Shown: piece by piece, positions 1-6,619 of the stretch
How the letters are laid out: each line of letters opens with the position of its first letter
How positions within the stretch are numbered: the stretch's first letter is position 1
Position numbers and translations under genes: made by a program
The notes under the pieces: model-generated
What the model saw: the letters and a program-made list of their open reading frames with translations, nothing else
What the model was told of the DNA's origin: nothing
Databases searched by the model: none
Assembly (NCBI RefSeq): GCF_000745315.1
Contig: NZ_JQNQ01000001.1
Span: 3,135,127 to 3,167,126 of the forward strand
DNA length: 32,000 nucleotides
DNA from: Salegentibacter sp. Hel_I_6
GTDB taxonomy: Bacteria; Bacteroidota; Bacteroidia; Flavobacteriales; Flavobacteriaceae
Direction: 5' to 3'

Positions 1-225
1 TATTTTTGTATTGTACTTTTCGCTAAAACGTTTAGCATAATAAAGCGGTGTTGGACGCCCTACATAATCCCGCAACAGATCTTTAAATTCTTTCTGAAAA
101 GATTCCTCTTTCATAATATCTAGGTACTGCGAACGCAATTCCTCAACATTTGGATAGAGCATTTCGGGAATAAAAGCCCCGCCAAAATCACCGTAATATC
201 CTTTTTCGTTAGCCTGATAGCTCAT
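1..225 (-). CDS. trpB: tryptophan synthase beta chain, N-terminal 75 codons (gene runs off the left edge)
   Basis: Absent from the ORF track because it is truncated. My minus-strand translation from ATG at 225-223 is [75 protein letters not shown], open to position 1. FGGxFxPE and GRPTPLY are TrpB N-terminal hallmarks. It follows trpF in operon order. Confidence 0.9.
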   Translation of the reverse strand, partial: MSYQANEKGYYGDFGGAFIPEMLYPNVEELRSQYLDIMKEESFQKEFKDLLRDYVGRPTPLYYAKRFSEKYNTKI

Positions 226-246
226 TTTTATTTGTTTTATTTGAGT

Positions 247-263
247 GCTTCGAATGCACTAAT
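247..263 (+). repeat. solo half-site of the GCCACGAAT-type repeat (gcttcgaatgcactaat)
   Basis: 15/17 identical to 353-369. The 14-mer cgaatgcactaatt is exactly repeated at 251-264 and 357-370. Confidence 0.7.
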
Positions 264-308
264 TTTTTATTAATAGTCTTCCGCCCAAATGTTTTTTAAT
301 CATACCTA

Positions 309-327
309 CAAGGTTTTGGAAACCTTG
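309..327. repeat. short hairpin caaggttt-tgg-aaaccttg
   Basis: Perfect 8-bp stem with a 3-nt loop, read directly from the trpB-trpF spacer. Confidence 0.6.
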
Positions 328-352
328 CAGGACTTCGGGTATAGTAGTTTTC

Positions 353-369
353 GCCACGAATGCACTAAT
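353..369 (+). repeat. solo half-site of the GCCACGAAT-type repeat (gccacgaatgcactaat)
   Basis: Same 17-mer family as 15516-15532 and the arms at 20027-20043 and 20419-20435. Confidence 0.7.
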
Positions 370-373
370 TTCT

Positions 374-461
374 ACATTGTTATTGCGAGGGCAGCGACCG
401 TAACAATCTTTTGCGATATTCAAACAAATGATTGCTTCTCCCTATCGGGATCGCAATGACG
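374..461. repeat. two GTCAT-type hairpin elements (374-408 degenerate, plus-oriented; 430-461 minus-oriented)
   Basis: The minus strand of 430-461 reads cgtcattgcgatcccgatagggagaagcaatc: outer stem attgc/gcaat with an inner tccc-gat-aggga hairpin. 374-408 carries cattgttattgcgagg...taacaatc. Confidence 0.7.
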
Positions 462-470
462 TAGTTATTT

Positions 471-1118
471 TTAAAACCGCTTTTTAAATTCTTTTAGTTT
501 TTCAATATTTTTAAAACCGGCTTCCTCTTCAAATTTACTATTTACATCTATGGCGTACAGCAAATTTTCTTTTCCCTTTTCCTTAAAAAATGCTTGTAAT
601 TCGTAAATAGCATCAACTTCTTCTGGTCCAATTCCTCCACTTAGAAAAAAAGGCTTTTTTGAAGGATAATCTTTTAAAACTTCCCAATTAAAAGTAATTC
701 CGTTTCCGCCTTTATTTTTCCCTTTAGTATCAAAAAGGAAAAAATCCACCACAGCTTCATATTCTTTTAAATTTCCAAAATCGAAATCTTCTTTAATAGA
801 AAACACTTTTATAATTTCTACCTCGGTTTCGATCAATAGGGTTTTTAATTCAGCGCAAAAAGCCGCACTTTCTGCTCCGTGTAACTGTATAGCATTTAGA
901 TCGTGCTCTTTAATTCTCTCAAGGATAATATTGATATCTTCATCAACAAAAACACCTGTTTTTTTAATTGCTGAAGAAATTTCCGGCATTTTAGCCTCGA
1001 AATACCTGGGAGTTTTTTCATAAAAAATAAATCCCATATAATCAGGCTGAAGTTTCGCAACTTCGCTGATATTTTCGGGATGCTTCATCCCACAGATTTT
1101 GAGTTTTAAGTTTTTCAT
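471..1118 (-). CDS. trpF: N-(5'-phosphoribosyl)anthranilate isomerase
   Basis: 215-aa ORF with the KICGM start region, FDTKGKNKGGNGITF and LSGGI motifs typical of TrpF. Located between trpC and trpB. Confidence 0.9.
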   Translation of the reverse strand: MKNLKLKICGMKHPENISEVAKLQPDYMGFIFYEKTPRYFEAKMPEISSAIKKTGVFVDEDINIILERIKEHDLNAIQLHGAESAAFCAELKTLLIETEVEIIKVFSIKEDFDFGNLKEYEAVVDFFLFDTKGKNKGGNGITFNWEVLKDYPSKKPFFLSGGIGPEEVDAIYELQAFFKEKGKENLLYAIDVNSKFEEEAGFKNIEKLKEFKKRF

Positions 1119-1131
1119 ATTTCCAACAATA

Positions 1132-1167
1132 GATTACTTCTCCTGATTCGATCAGAATCGCAATGAC
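1132..1167 (-). repeat. GTCAT-type hairpin element in the trpC-trpF spacer
   Basis: Minus strand reads gtcattgcgattctgatcgaatcaggagaagtaatc, with an inner ttctgat-cga-atcagga hairpin. Confidence 0.7.
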
Positions 1168-1176
1168 ATTTTTTAT

Positions 1177-1965
1177 TTATAACTTATTCAGTGTTTTTAC
1201 AAACTCAGCCGCAGCTTTGCCCGGATTATCAGTTTTCATAAAATTCTCACCAATTAAAAAGCCTTTGTACCCAAATTGCTGTAAATCTTTAATAGCGTCA
1301 ACCGAACTAATTCCGCTTTCAGAAACTTTTACAAAATCCTTGGGGATCTTTTCTGAAAGCTTTTTGCTAATGTCTGTCGAGACTTCAAAAGTCTTTAAAT
1401 TCCTATTATTTACACCCAACATATCTAAACTGGGCATAATAGATTTTTGCAATTCATCTTCATTATGAACTTCCAGTAATACTTCTAAACCTATACTTTT
1501 AGCAAATTCTGAAAGTCTTTTAATTTCTTCCCGTTCCAGCACCGCAGCGATAAGTAAGATCACATCTGCCCCGTGAGCTCTTGCTTCCAAAAGTTGATAT
1601 TCATCAATAATAAATTCCTTTCGCAATAAAGGCATTTTAACCGTCGCACGGGCATAAAGTAAGTCGTCTAAAGATCCGCCGAAATATTTGCCATCGGTAA
1701 GTACAGACATTCCTGAAATTCCTGCATCTTCATAACCTTTGGCAACGTCTTCAACATTTAAATCCTGATTAATAACCGATTTTGAGGGGGAACGCCTTTT
1801 ATGTTCAGCAATAATTCCGGTTTTACTGGTTCTCAATTTTTCTGCCAGGGAAACCGTTTGCCGTTCAAAAAGCGCCGATTTTTCCAATTGTGAAACGGGA
1901 ACTACCAGCTTTTTTAAAACCAGTTCTTTATGTTTATCGGCTATTATTTTGTCTAAAATGTTCAT
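1177..1965 (-). CDS. trpC: indole-3-glycerol phosphate synthase
   Basis: ORF 1177-1989 with IAEHKRRSPSKS, LRKEFIIDEYQ and GVNNRNLKTF motifs. The track start at 1989 is GTG. The ATG at 1965 (MNILDKIIADK...) matches the usual TrpC N-terminus, so I prefer it. Confidence 0.9.
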   Translation of the reverse strand: MNILDKIIADKHKELVLKKLVVPVSQLEKSALFERQTVSLAEKLRTSKTGIIAEHKRRSPSKSVINQDLNVEDVAKGYEDAGISGMSVLTDGKYFGGSLDDLLYARATVKMPLLRKEFIIDEYQLLEARAHGADVILLIAAVLEREEIKRLSEFAKSIGLEVLLEVHNEDELQKSIMPSLDMLGVNNRNLKTFEVSTDISKKLSEKIPKDFVKVSESGISSVDAIKDLQQFGYKGFLIGENFMKTDNPGKAAAEFVKTLNKL

Positions 1966-2002
1966 TTTTTGTTGTCTGTTCTCGGTCACGATTTTTAATT
2001 CT

Positions 2003-2147
2003 CGTCATTGCGAAGGCGAAGCCTGTGGCAATCTGTTTTTATATTAGCAATTCTATTCAAAAGATTGCTTCAGTCGTCCCTCCTTCGCAATGACGGTCTT
2101 TTTTAAATTTGTCATTGCGAGGAAGGTGTTAACCTGACGTGGCAATC
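2003..2147. repeat. three GTCATTGCGA...GCAATC hairpin elements (2003-2033 plus, 2063-2095 minus, 2111-2147 plus)
   Basis: cgtcattgcgaaggcgaagcctgtggcaatc; reverse complement of gattgcttcagtcgtccctccttcgcaatgacg; gtcattgcgaggaaggtgttaacctgacgtggcaatc. All share the outer stem attgc/gcaat but have different inner hairpins. Confidence 0.8.
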
Positions 2148-2151
2148 TTTT

Positions 2152-3144
2152 TCACTTACTCAATTCCTGTAACTTCTCCAGTGCCTTTAAAGCTTTCCCT
2201 GAATTTATAGATTCCCGGGCAGTTTCAAAACCTTCTTTGACACTAATTTGTTTCGCCGTGGCAATCGCCATTCCTGCGTTGGCGCAAACCACGTTGTTTT
2301 GTGCTTTAGTGCCTTTTCCTTTTAATATATTCACGAAAATTTCTGCAGAACTTTCTATAGAACCGCCACCGGCAATTTCTTTCTGTTTTAGGGTTTCCAC
2401 TCCAAAATCTTCCGGACTTAGCATGCCTTCAGAATTATTAGAAATGGTTTTCGTATTTCCGGTAAGGGAAATTTCATCATAACCATCCAAAGCATGCAAA
2501 ATGGTAAAATTCTTATCGGTGTTTTGATATAAGTAACCATACATTCTGGCCAGTTCCAGGTTAAAAACTCCTACAAGCTGATTTTGCGGAAAAGCAGGAT
2601 TTACCATTGGCCCAAGCATATTGAAAAAAGTCTTTACCGCAAGCGACTTCCGAATTGGCGCGACGTTTTTCATTGCCGGGTGGAATAGGGGAGCGTGCAG
2701 CACGCAAATTCCTGCTTCAGCGATACATTTTTCAAGAAATCCGGCATCATTACTAAATTTAATTCCCAGGCTTTCCATAACATTAGAACTACCACTTACC
2801 GAAGAAACTCCGTAGTTTCCGTGTTTCGCCACATTTACTCCCGCTCCTGCCGTTACAAAAGAGGAAGTGGTAGAAATATTAAATGTATTCTTGCCATCTC
2901 CACCGGTTCCGCAGAGATCTATAGGGTTATAAGCACTTAAATCTATGGCTACACAAAGTTCTAAAAGCGCATCCCGAAATCCCTCCAGCTCTTCTATAGT
3001 AATGCTTCGCATCATATAAACCGTGAGAAATGCGGCGATCTGGCTTTCGTTATATTCTCCATTGGAAATACTGAAAAGCGCCTGCTTCGCTTCATCTTTG
3101 GAGATGGTTTCGTGATTAATAAGCCTGTTTAGTAGTTCTTTCAT
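2152..3144 (-). CDS. trpD: anthranilate phosphoribosyltransferase
   Basis: ORF 2152-3159 with CGTGGDGKNTFNIST and KHGN motifs. The ATG at 3159 is the ATGAC complement of a GTCAT repeat end. I prefer the ATG at 3144 (MKELLNRLINHETISKDEAKQ...). Confidence 0.9.
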   Translation of the reverse strand: MKELLNRLINHETISKDEAKQALFSISNGEYNESQIAAFLTVYMMRSITIEELEGFRDALLELCVAIDLSAYNPIDLCGTGGDGKNTFNISTTSSFVTAGAGVNVAKHGNYGVSSVSGSSNVMESLGIKFSNDAGFLEKCIAEAGICVLHAPLFHPAMKNVAPIRKSLAVKTFFNMLGPMVNPAFPQNQLVGVFNLELARMYGYLYQNTDKNFTILHALDGYDEISLTGNTKTISNNSEGMLSPEDFGVETLKQKEIAGGGSIESSAEIFVNILKGKGTKAQNNVVCANAGMAIATAKQISVKEGFETARESINSGKALKALEKLQELSK

Positions 3145-3154
3145 ATCTAATTTT

Positions 3155-3178
3155 GTCATTCCCGTGAAGACGGGAATC
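3155..3178 (+). repeat. GTCAT-type hairpin element gtcattcccgtgaagacgggaatc
   Basis: Perfect 8-bp stem attcccgt/acgggaat with loop gaag, read directly. Confidence 0.8.
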
Positions 3179-3209
3179 TGTTTAATTGGAATTTTTCTTA
3201 CTTCTCAAA

Positions 3210-3233
3210 GATTTCCGCCTACGCGGAAATGAC
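3210..3233 (-). repeat. GTCAT-type hairpin element (minus strand gtcatttccgcgtaggcggaaatc)
   Basis: Perfect 8-bp stem atttccgc/gcggaaat. 23/24 identical to 5779-5802. Abuts the trpG stop codon. Confidence 0.8.
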
Positions 3234-3799
3234 TATGATTCTACCCAATTCTGAATCATTTTTTTCCCATCTGGAGTCAATACCGATTCTGGGTGAAACT
3301 GCACTCCACGCACATCAAACTGGCGGTGACGAAGAGACATGATTTGCCCTTTTTCATCGTAGGAAGTAGCTTCCAGAGAATCGGGAAGTTCTTTTAAAAC
3401 TACCCAGGAATGGTAGCGGCCTACCTTCATTGTTTTTGGGAGATCTTTAAAAAGTGGTTCATCGTCTACACAAAGATCCATCGTGGTGGCGATGCCGTGA
3501 TAAACCGATTCCAGATTGCCCAAGGTCCCGCCGAAAACTTCACCTATGGCTTGTTGCCCGAGACACACGCCCAGGATGCTTTTTGAAGAAGCATATTTTT
3601 CTATGATAGGTTTTAATAATCCGGCTTCACTGGGAATTCCGGGGCCTGGAGAAAGCAGAATCTTATCATATTTCTCCACGTCTTCCAGCTCTAACTGGTC
3701 GTTTCTTATAACCGTGACCTCACAATCTAATTCTTCTAAATAATGTACAAGGTTGTACACAAAAGAATCGTAATTATCTATAACTAATATTTTTTTCAT
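3233..3799 (-). CDS. trpG: anthranilate synthase component II (glutamine amidotransferase)
   Basis: 188 aa with the class-I GATase motifs ILGVCLGQQ (nucleophile Cys) and GVQFHPES. Lies between trpE and trpD. Confidence 0.9.
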   Translation of the reverse strand: MKKILVIDNYDSFVYNLVHYLEELDCEVTVIRNDQLELEDVEKYDKILLSPGPGIPSEAGLLKPIIEKYASSKSILGVCLGQQAIGEVFGGTLGNLESVYHGIATTMDLCVDDEPLFKDLPKTMKVGRYHSWVVLKELPDSLEATSYDEKGQIMSLRHRQFDVRGVQFHPESVLTPDGKKMIQNWVES

Positions 3800-3840
3800 T
3801 CTACCTGGTGTAAAATTCTGTTTTTAATACTAAAAGTTGC

Positions 3841-3938
3841 GTCAATCTGTCCCGAAGCTTCGGGATCGTTTCAGATTCTAATATTTTAGATCTCCGAATA
3901 AATTTCGGAGCAAGCTCTGAAATAAATTCAGGATGACG
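3841..3938. repeat. three hairpin elements in the trpE-trpG spacer (3841-3868, 3891-3910, 3917-3938)
   Basis: gtcaatctgtcccgaagcttcgggatcg (tcccgaagcttcggga palindrome); tctccgaataaatttcggag; ctgaaataaattcaggatgacg. The last is a 22-mer identical to 16820-16841 and to the reverse complement of 15387-15408. Confidence 0.8.
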
Positions 3939-3953
3939 TATTGTTTTTATTCC

Positions 3954-5348
3954 TTATATATCTTCAGCGATATCCAATGCCTTGGTTAGCGCCCCTAGTT
4001 TATTGTAAACTTCCTGTAATTCGTTTTCTTCTACAGATTCTGAAACAACACCTGCGCCGGCTTGATAATGTAATTGATGATCTTTACTTACAAAAGATCT
4101 AATGATAATGGCGTGGTTAAAATTTCCGTGGAAATCCATAAACCCTATTGCCCCGCCGTAGGCATCACGATTTACATTTTCGTATTTTTCTATCAGCTTC
4201 ATCGCACTATGCTTAGGCGCGCCGCTTAAAGTTCCCGCCGGAAAAGTATCTGCTACCACCTGCATTGTAGGTGTTTTTGGATCTTTGGTGCCGGTAACTT
4301 TGCTTACTAAATGGATCACGTGGGAGAAAAACTGGATTTCTCTATATTTTTCCACTTTTACATTATTACCGTGTCGGCTTAAGTCGTTACGAGCCAGATC
4401 AACCAACATTACATGTTCGGCATTTTCCTTTTCATCGGCGGCAAGTTTTTTGGCTAGTTCAGCGTCTTCCTCATCATTTCCGGTACGTTTAAAAGTTCCG
4501 GCTATTGGATGGATTTCTGCCTGCCCGTCCTGAACCACCAGTTGGGCTTCAGGCGAACTTCCAAATATTTTAAAGTTTCCGTAGTCAAAATAGAAAAGGT
4601 AGGGCGAAGGATTTACGCTGCGTAAAGCGCGGTAAACATTGAATTCATCTCCCTTGAATTTCTGAGAAAATCTGCGCGAAAGCACAATTTGAAAAACGTC
4701 ACCACGATAGCAGTGCTTTTTCCCTAGGCTTACATTTTCCCTGAATTCTTCGTCGGTGAGGTTAGAAATTGGTTCCTGCTGACGTTCAAAATTATAGGTC
4801 GCGAAATTTTTGACTTTTATCAGTTGCTCGATTTCAGCGATCTTTGAATCGGTATCATAGCTATGATCAAAAATATAAGCTTCATTATTAAAATGATTTA
4901 TGGCGATAATATTTTGATAAACCGCGTAATAAATATCCGGAAGTTTAAGATCACCATTTCGTTTTTTAATCTCTAAATCTTCAAAATACCGAACTCCGTC
5001 ATAAGCGATATAGCCAAAGAGTCCGTTATTGATAAATTTAAAATCAGAATCTTCAGTTTGGAATTGTTTTGAAAATTCCTGGATTTGCTGGGGCACGTTA
5101 ACTCCAGGAGTGATCTCTGTTGTTTTTTTACTTCCGTCAGGAAAAACTTCGGTAATCACTTCGTTTTGAATCTTAATAGAAGCGATAGGATTACAGCATA
5201 TATACGAGAAACTATTGTCGTTGGCGTGATAGTCACTACTTTCCAGCAAGAGACTGTTAGGATATTTGTCCCGAACTTTTAAATAAACACTCACCGGTGT
5301 AATGGTATCTGCTAGGAGTTTTTTATGGGTGGTTTTTAGTTGGTACAT
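3954..5348 (-). CDS. trpE: anthranilate synthase component I
   Basis: 464 aa with LLESS near the N-terminus and C-terminal chorismate-binding motifs (GTLSGAPK, YGGAIGF, AGAGVV). First biosynthetic gene of the operon. Confidence 0.92.
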   Translation of the reverse strand: MYQLKTTHKKLLADTITPVSVYLKVRDKYPNSLLLESSDYHANDNSFSYICCNPIASIKIQNEVITEVFPDGSKKTTEITPGVNVPQQIQEFSKQFQTEDSDFKFINNGLFGYIAYDGVRYFEDLEIKKRNGDLKLPDIYYAVYQNIIAINHFNNEAYIFDHSYDTDSKIAEIEQLIKVKNFATYNFERQQEPISNLTDEEFRENVSLGKKHCYRGDVFQIVLSRRFSQKFKGDEFNVYRALRSVNPSPYLFYFDYGNFKIFGSSPEAQLVVQDGQAEIHPIAGTFKRTGNDEEDAELAKKLAADEKENAEHVMLVDLARNDLSRHGNNVKVEKYREIQFFSHVIHLVSKVTGTKDPKTPTMQVVADTFPAGTLSGAPKHSAMKLIEKYENVNRDAYGGAIGFMDFHGNFNHAIIIRSFVSKDHQLHYQAGAGVVSESVEENELQEVYNKLGALTKALDIAEDI

Positions 5349-5361
5349 GAATTATTCTTTT

Positions 5362-5401
5362 GTCTTTCCCGCGAAAGCGGGAGTCTATTTAGTATGTTTC
5401 T
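5362..5401. repeat. left copy of the direct repeat flanking the GIY-YIG gene (includes hairpin gtctttcccgcgaaagcgggagtc)
   Basis: gtctttcccgcgaaagcgggagtctatttagtatgtttct aligns with 5717-5760. Shared blocks are gggagtct, ttt, tat and tttct. Confidence 0.6.
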
Positions 5402-5408
5402 GTTTGAG

Positions 5409-5705
5409 TTATTTAAATCTTACAGTCAAATCTTCCCAATCGGGGTTGAAATCGTTTATCAGATTTATTTTCCAGAGTCGATTCCATTTTTTAAGTTGTT
5501 TTTCCCTTTTAATCGCCAACGACGGATATTCGAATTTTTCATAATATACTAGTTTATTAAGTCGGTATCTACTGCTAAAACTTTTTAGGTTTCGATTTCT
5601 ATGTTGATATAATCTTTGTTTCAGGTTTCTTGTAATCCCAATATATAGTGTTCCATATTTACGATTTGTAATGATGTAAACGTAATATTGGTAGTCTGTA
5701 TTCAT
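5409..5705 (-). CDS. small GIY-YIG (URI-domain) nuclease family protein
   Basis: 98 aa. YVYIITNRKYGTLYIGITRNLKQRLYQH gives the GIY...YIG pair followed by a conserved Arg. Size and layout match stand-alone COG2827-type proteins. Confidence 0.85.
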   Translation of the reverse strand: MNTDYQYYVYIITNRKYGTLYIGITRNLKQRLYQHRNRNLKSFSSRYRLNKLVYYEKFEYPSLAIKREKQLKKWNRLWKINLINDFNPDWEDLTVRFK

Positions 5706-5716
5706 AATTTATTTCA

Positions 5717-5760
5717 GTCACTCTCTTAAAAATGGGAGTCTTTTTTAATATCGTATTTCT
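5717..5760. repeat. right copy of the direct repeat flanking the GIY-YIG gene
   Basis: gtcactctcttaaaaatgggagtcttttttaatatcgtatttct. See 5362-5401. Confidence 0.6.
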
Positions 5761-5778
5761 CAATTCTGTGTTTTTTGA

Positions 5779-5802
5779 GATTTCCGCCTTCGCGGAAATG
5801 AC
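5779..5802 (-). repeat. GTCAT-type hairpin element (minus strand gtcatttccgcgaaggcggaaatc)
   Basis: Perfect 8-bp stem. Differs from 3210-3233 by one nucleotide in the loop. Confidence 0.8.
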
Positions 5803-5814
5803 AGAAAACTTCAT

Positions 5815-5845
5815 AAAAAAAGGCTTGTCGTGAGACAAGCCTTTT
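5815..5845 (-). terminator. intrinsic terminator of the trp attenuator
   Basis: Minus strand reads AAAAGGCUUGUC-UCAC-GACAAGCC followed by seven U. The stem 5818-5829/5834-5845 is a perfect 12 bp (8-bp GC-rich core). It lies 29 nt after the leader stop codon. Confidence 0.8.
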
Positions 5846-5874
5846 GTATGAGATTATACTATAGCGATGTTACT

Positions 5875-5931
5875 TCACGACGTTTGACGTAAATTTTTCC
5901 ACCACCAGGTATTTGCTGTAATTGTTTTCAT
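5875..5931 (-). CDS. trpL: trp operon leader peptide, 18 aa, MKTITANTWWWKNLRQTS
   Basis: My reading of the minus strand: ATG 5931-5929, three consecutive TGG codons at 5907-5899, TGA at 5877-5875. Too short for the ORF track. An in-frame upstream ATG at 5964-5962 would give 29 aa (MKANNWHLLYFMKT...) with a fourth Trp. Confidence 0.75.
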   Translation of the reverse strand: MKTITANTWWWKNLRQTS

Positions 5932-5969
5932 AAAATATAATAAATGCCAATTATTGGCTTTCATTGCTT

Positions 5970-6000
5970 CAAAGATAGAAAGCTCTTTTAAATAAACAAG
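5970..6000 (-). promoter_or_regulatory. candidate promoter of the trp leader transcript
   Basis: Minus strand carries TAtcTTTG (5977-5970), matching the Bacteroidetes -7 consensus TAnnTTTG. A partial -33 element cTTG (6000-5997) lies 19 nt upstream. Confidence 0.4.
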
Positions 6001-6010
6001 TCGATTTTAT

Positions 6011-6049
6011 AAAAAGAAAAGCCGGAAAAGTAAATTTAACTTTTCCGGC
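6011..6049 (-). terminator. intrinsic terminator downstream of the yceI pair
   Basis: Stem gccggaaaag (6021-6030) pairs with cttttccggc (6040-6049). On the minus strand it is followed by UUUUCUUUUU. Confidence 0.75.
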
Positions 6050-6070
6050 TGGAATTGTGCAATCTAATTA

Positions 6071-6571
6071 TTAGAATTTCAACTCAATATTTAAATCGAA
6101 ATTATCGTAAATCGTTTGATCTCCAAGTCCGCTGAAAAAGCTACCGGAATTGTATTTCACGTTATATTTAGAACGATCTATTGTTAATTTGGTAGTAGCA
6201 GTATTATTGTTGTAATCTAAATCGAAAGTTACCGGATGAGTGTTTTCTTTAATTGTTAGATCTCCAACCACACCATAAGTGCCATCATCTTTTTTGGCTA
6301 CGCTGGTAATTACCAGTTTGGAAGTTGGATGGTTATCTACTCCAAAGAAATCATCTGAATTTAAGTGACCTTCCAATCCTGCTTTATCGTCTCCTTTAAG
6401 ATCTGTTACAGTAATTGTGGTCATATCCATTACAAATTCGCCACCTACTATTTCATCGTTTTCAAACTTGAATTTCCCATCTTTTAGATCGATGGTTCCT
6501 GAGTGTGATCCTAAAACTTTCTTTCCTTTCCAGGCGATATTACTGGCCTGGGTATTTATTTGTTTTTCCAT
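6071..6571 (-). CDS. YceI-like polyisoprenoid-binding protein, no signal peptide
   Basis: 166 aa, collinear with and highly similar to ORF 6620-7198 (DDFFGV, KLVITSVAKK, GVVGDLTIKE, LTIDRSKYNV, ELKF) but lacking its N-terminal hydrophobic leader. Confidence 0.85.
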   Translation of the reverse strand: MEKQINTQASNIAWKGKKVLGSHSGTIDLKDGKFKFENDEIVGGEFVMDMTTITVTDLKGDDKAGLEGHLNSDDFFGVDNHPTSKLVITSVAKKDDGTYGVVGDLTIKENTHPVTFDLDYNNNTATTKLTIDRSKYNVKYNSGSFFSGLGDQTIYDNFDLNIELKF

Positions 6572-6619
6572 AATAATTCAATTTTTCTTTTTCAATAGCA
6601 ATTTTCTTCCCGGTACAGT

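Noticed and set aside
2003-2147. Possible CRISPR array (clusters of similar repeats here and at 16647-16870)
   Set aside because: The repeat units differ in sequence and length, alternate in orientation and have irregular short spacing. No cas genes are present. They are palindromic REP-like elements, not CRISPR.
3145-3159. N-terminal extensions proposed by the ORF track (trpD 3159, trpC 1989, ctaA 18487, marR 8344, ruvX 30176, four-helix bundle 30632, GT2 27279, kinase-like 14259)
   Set aside because: These use GTG or TTG codons, or an ATG created by the complement of a GTCAT repeat end, or lie inside repeats or palindromes. Downstream ATGs give N-termini typical of the families. The starts remain unverified.
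3233-3799. Calling the amidotransferase pabA rather than trpG
   Set aside because: TrpG and PabA are not separable by eye. Its position between trpE and trpD in the operon favours trpG, though a bifunctional TrpG/PabA role cannot be excluded.
1163-5552. Plus-strand ORFs in the track opposite the trp genes (1163-1468, 1890-2093, 2237-2482, 2621-2815, 2695-2940, 3516-3743, 4285-4533, 5085-5282, 5302-5544, 5340-5552)
   Set aside because: All are antisense to ORFs with clear Trp-enzyme motifs. They are short, low in complexity and carry no recognisable motifs, as expected for shadow ORFs in AT-rich DNA.
5779-5802. Second terminator after the attenuator
   Set aside because: On the transcribed (minus) strand the hairpin is followed by UCAAAAAAC, not a U-run. 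It belongs to the GTCAT repeat family rather than being an intrinsic terminator.
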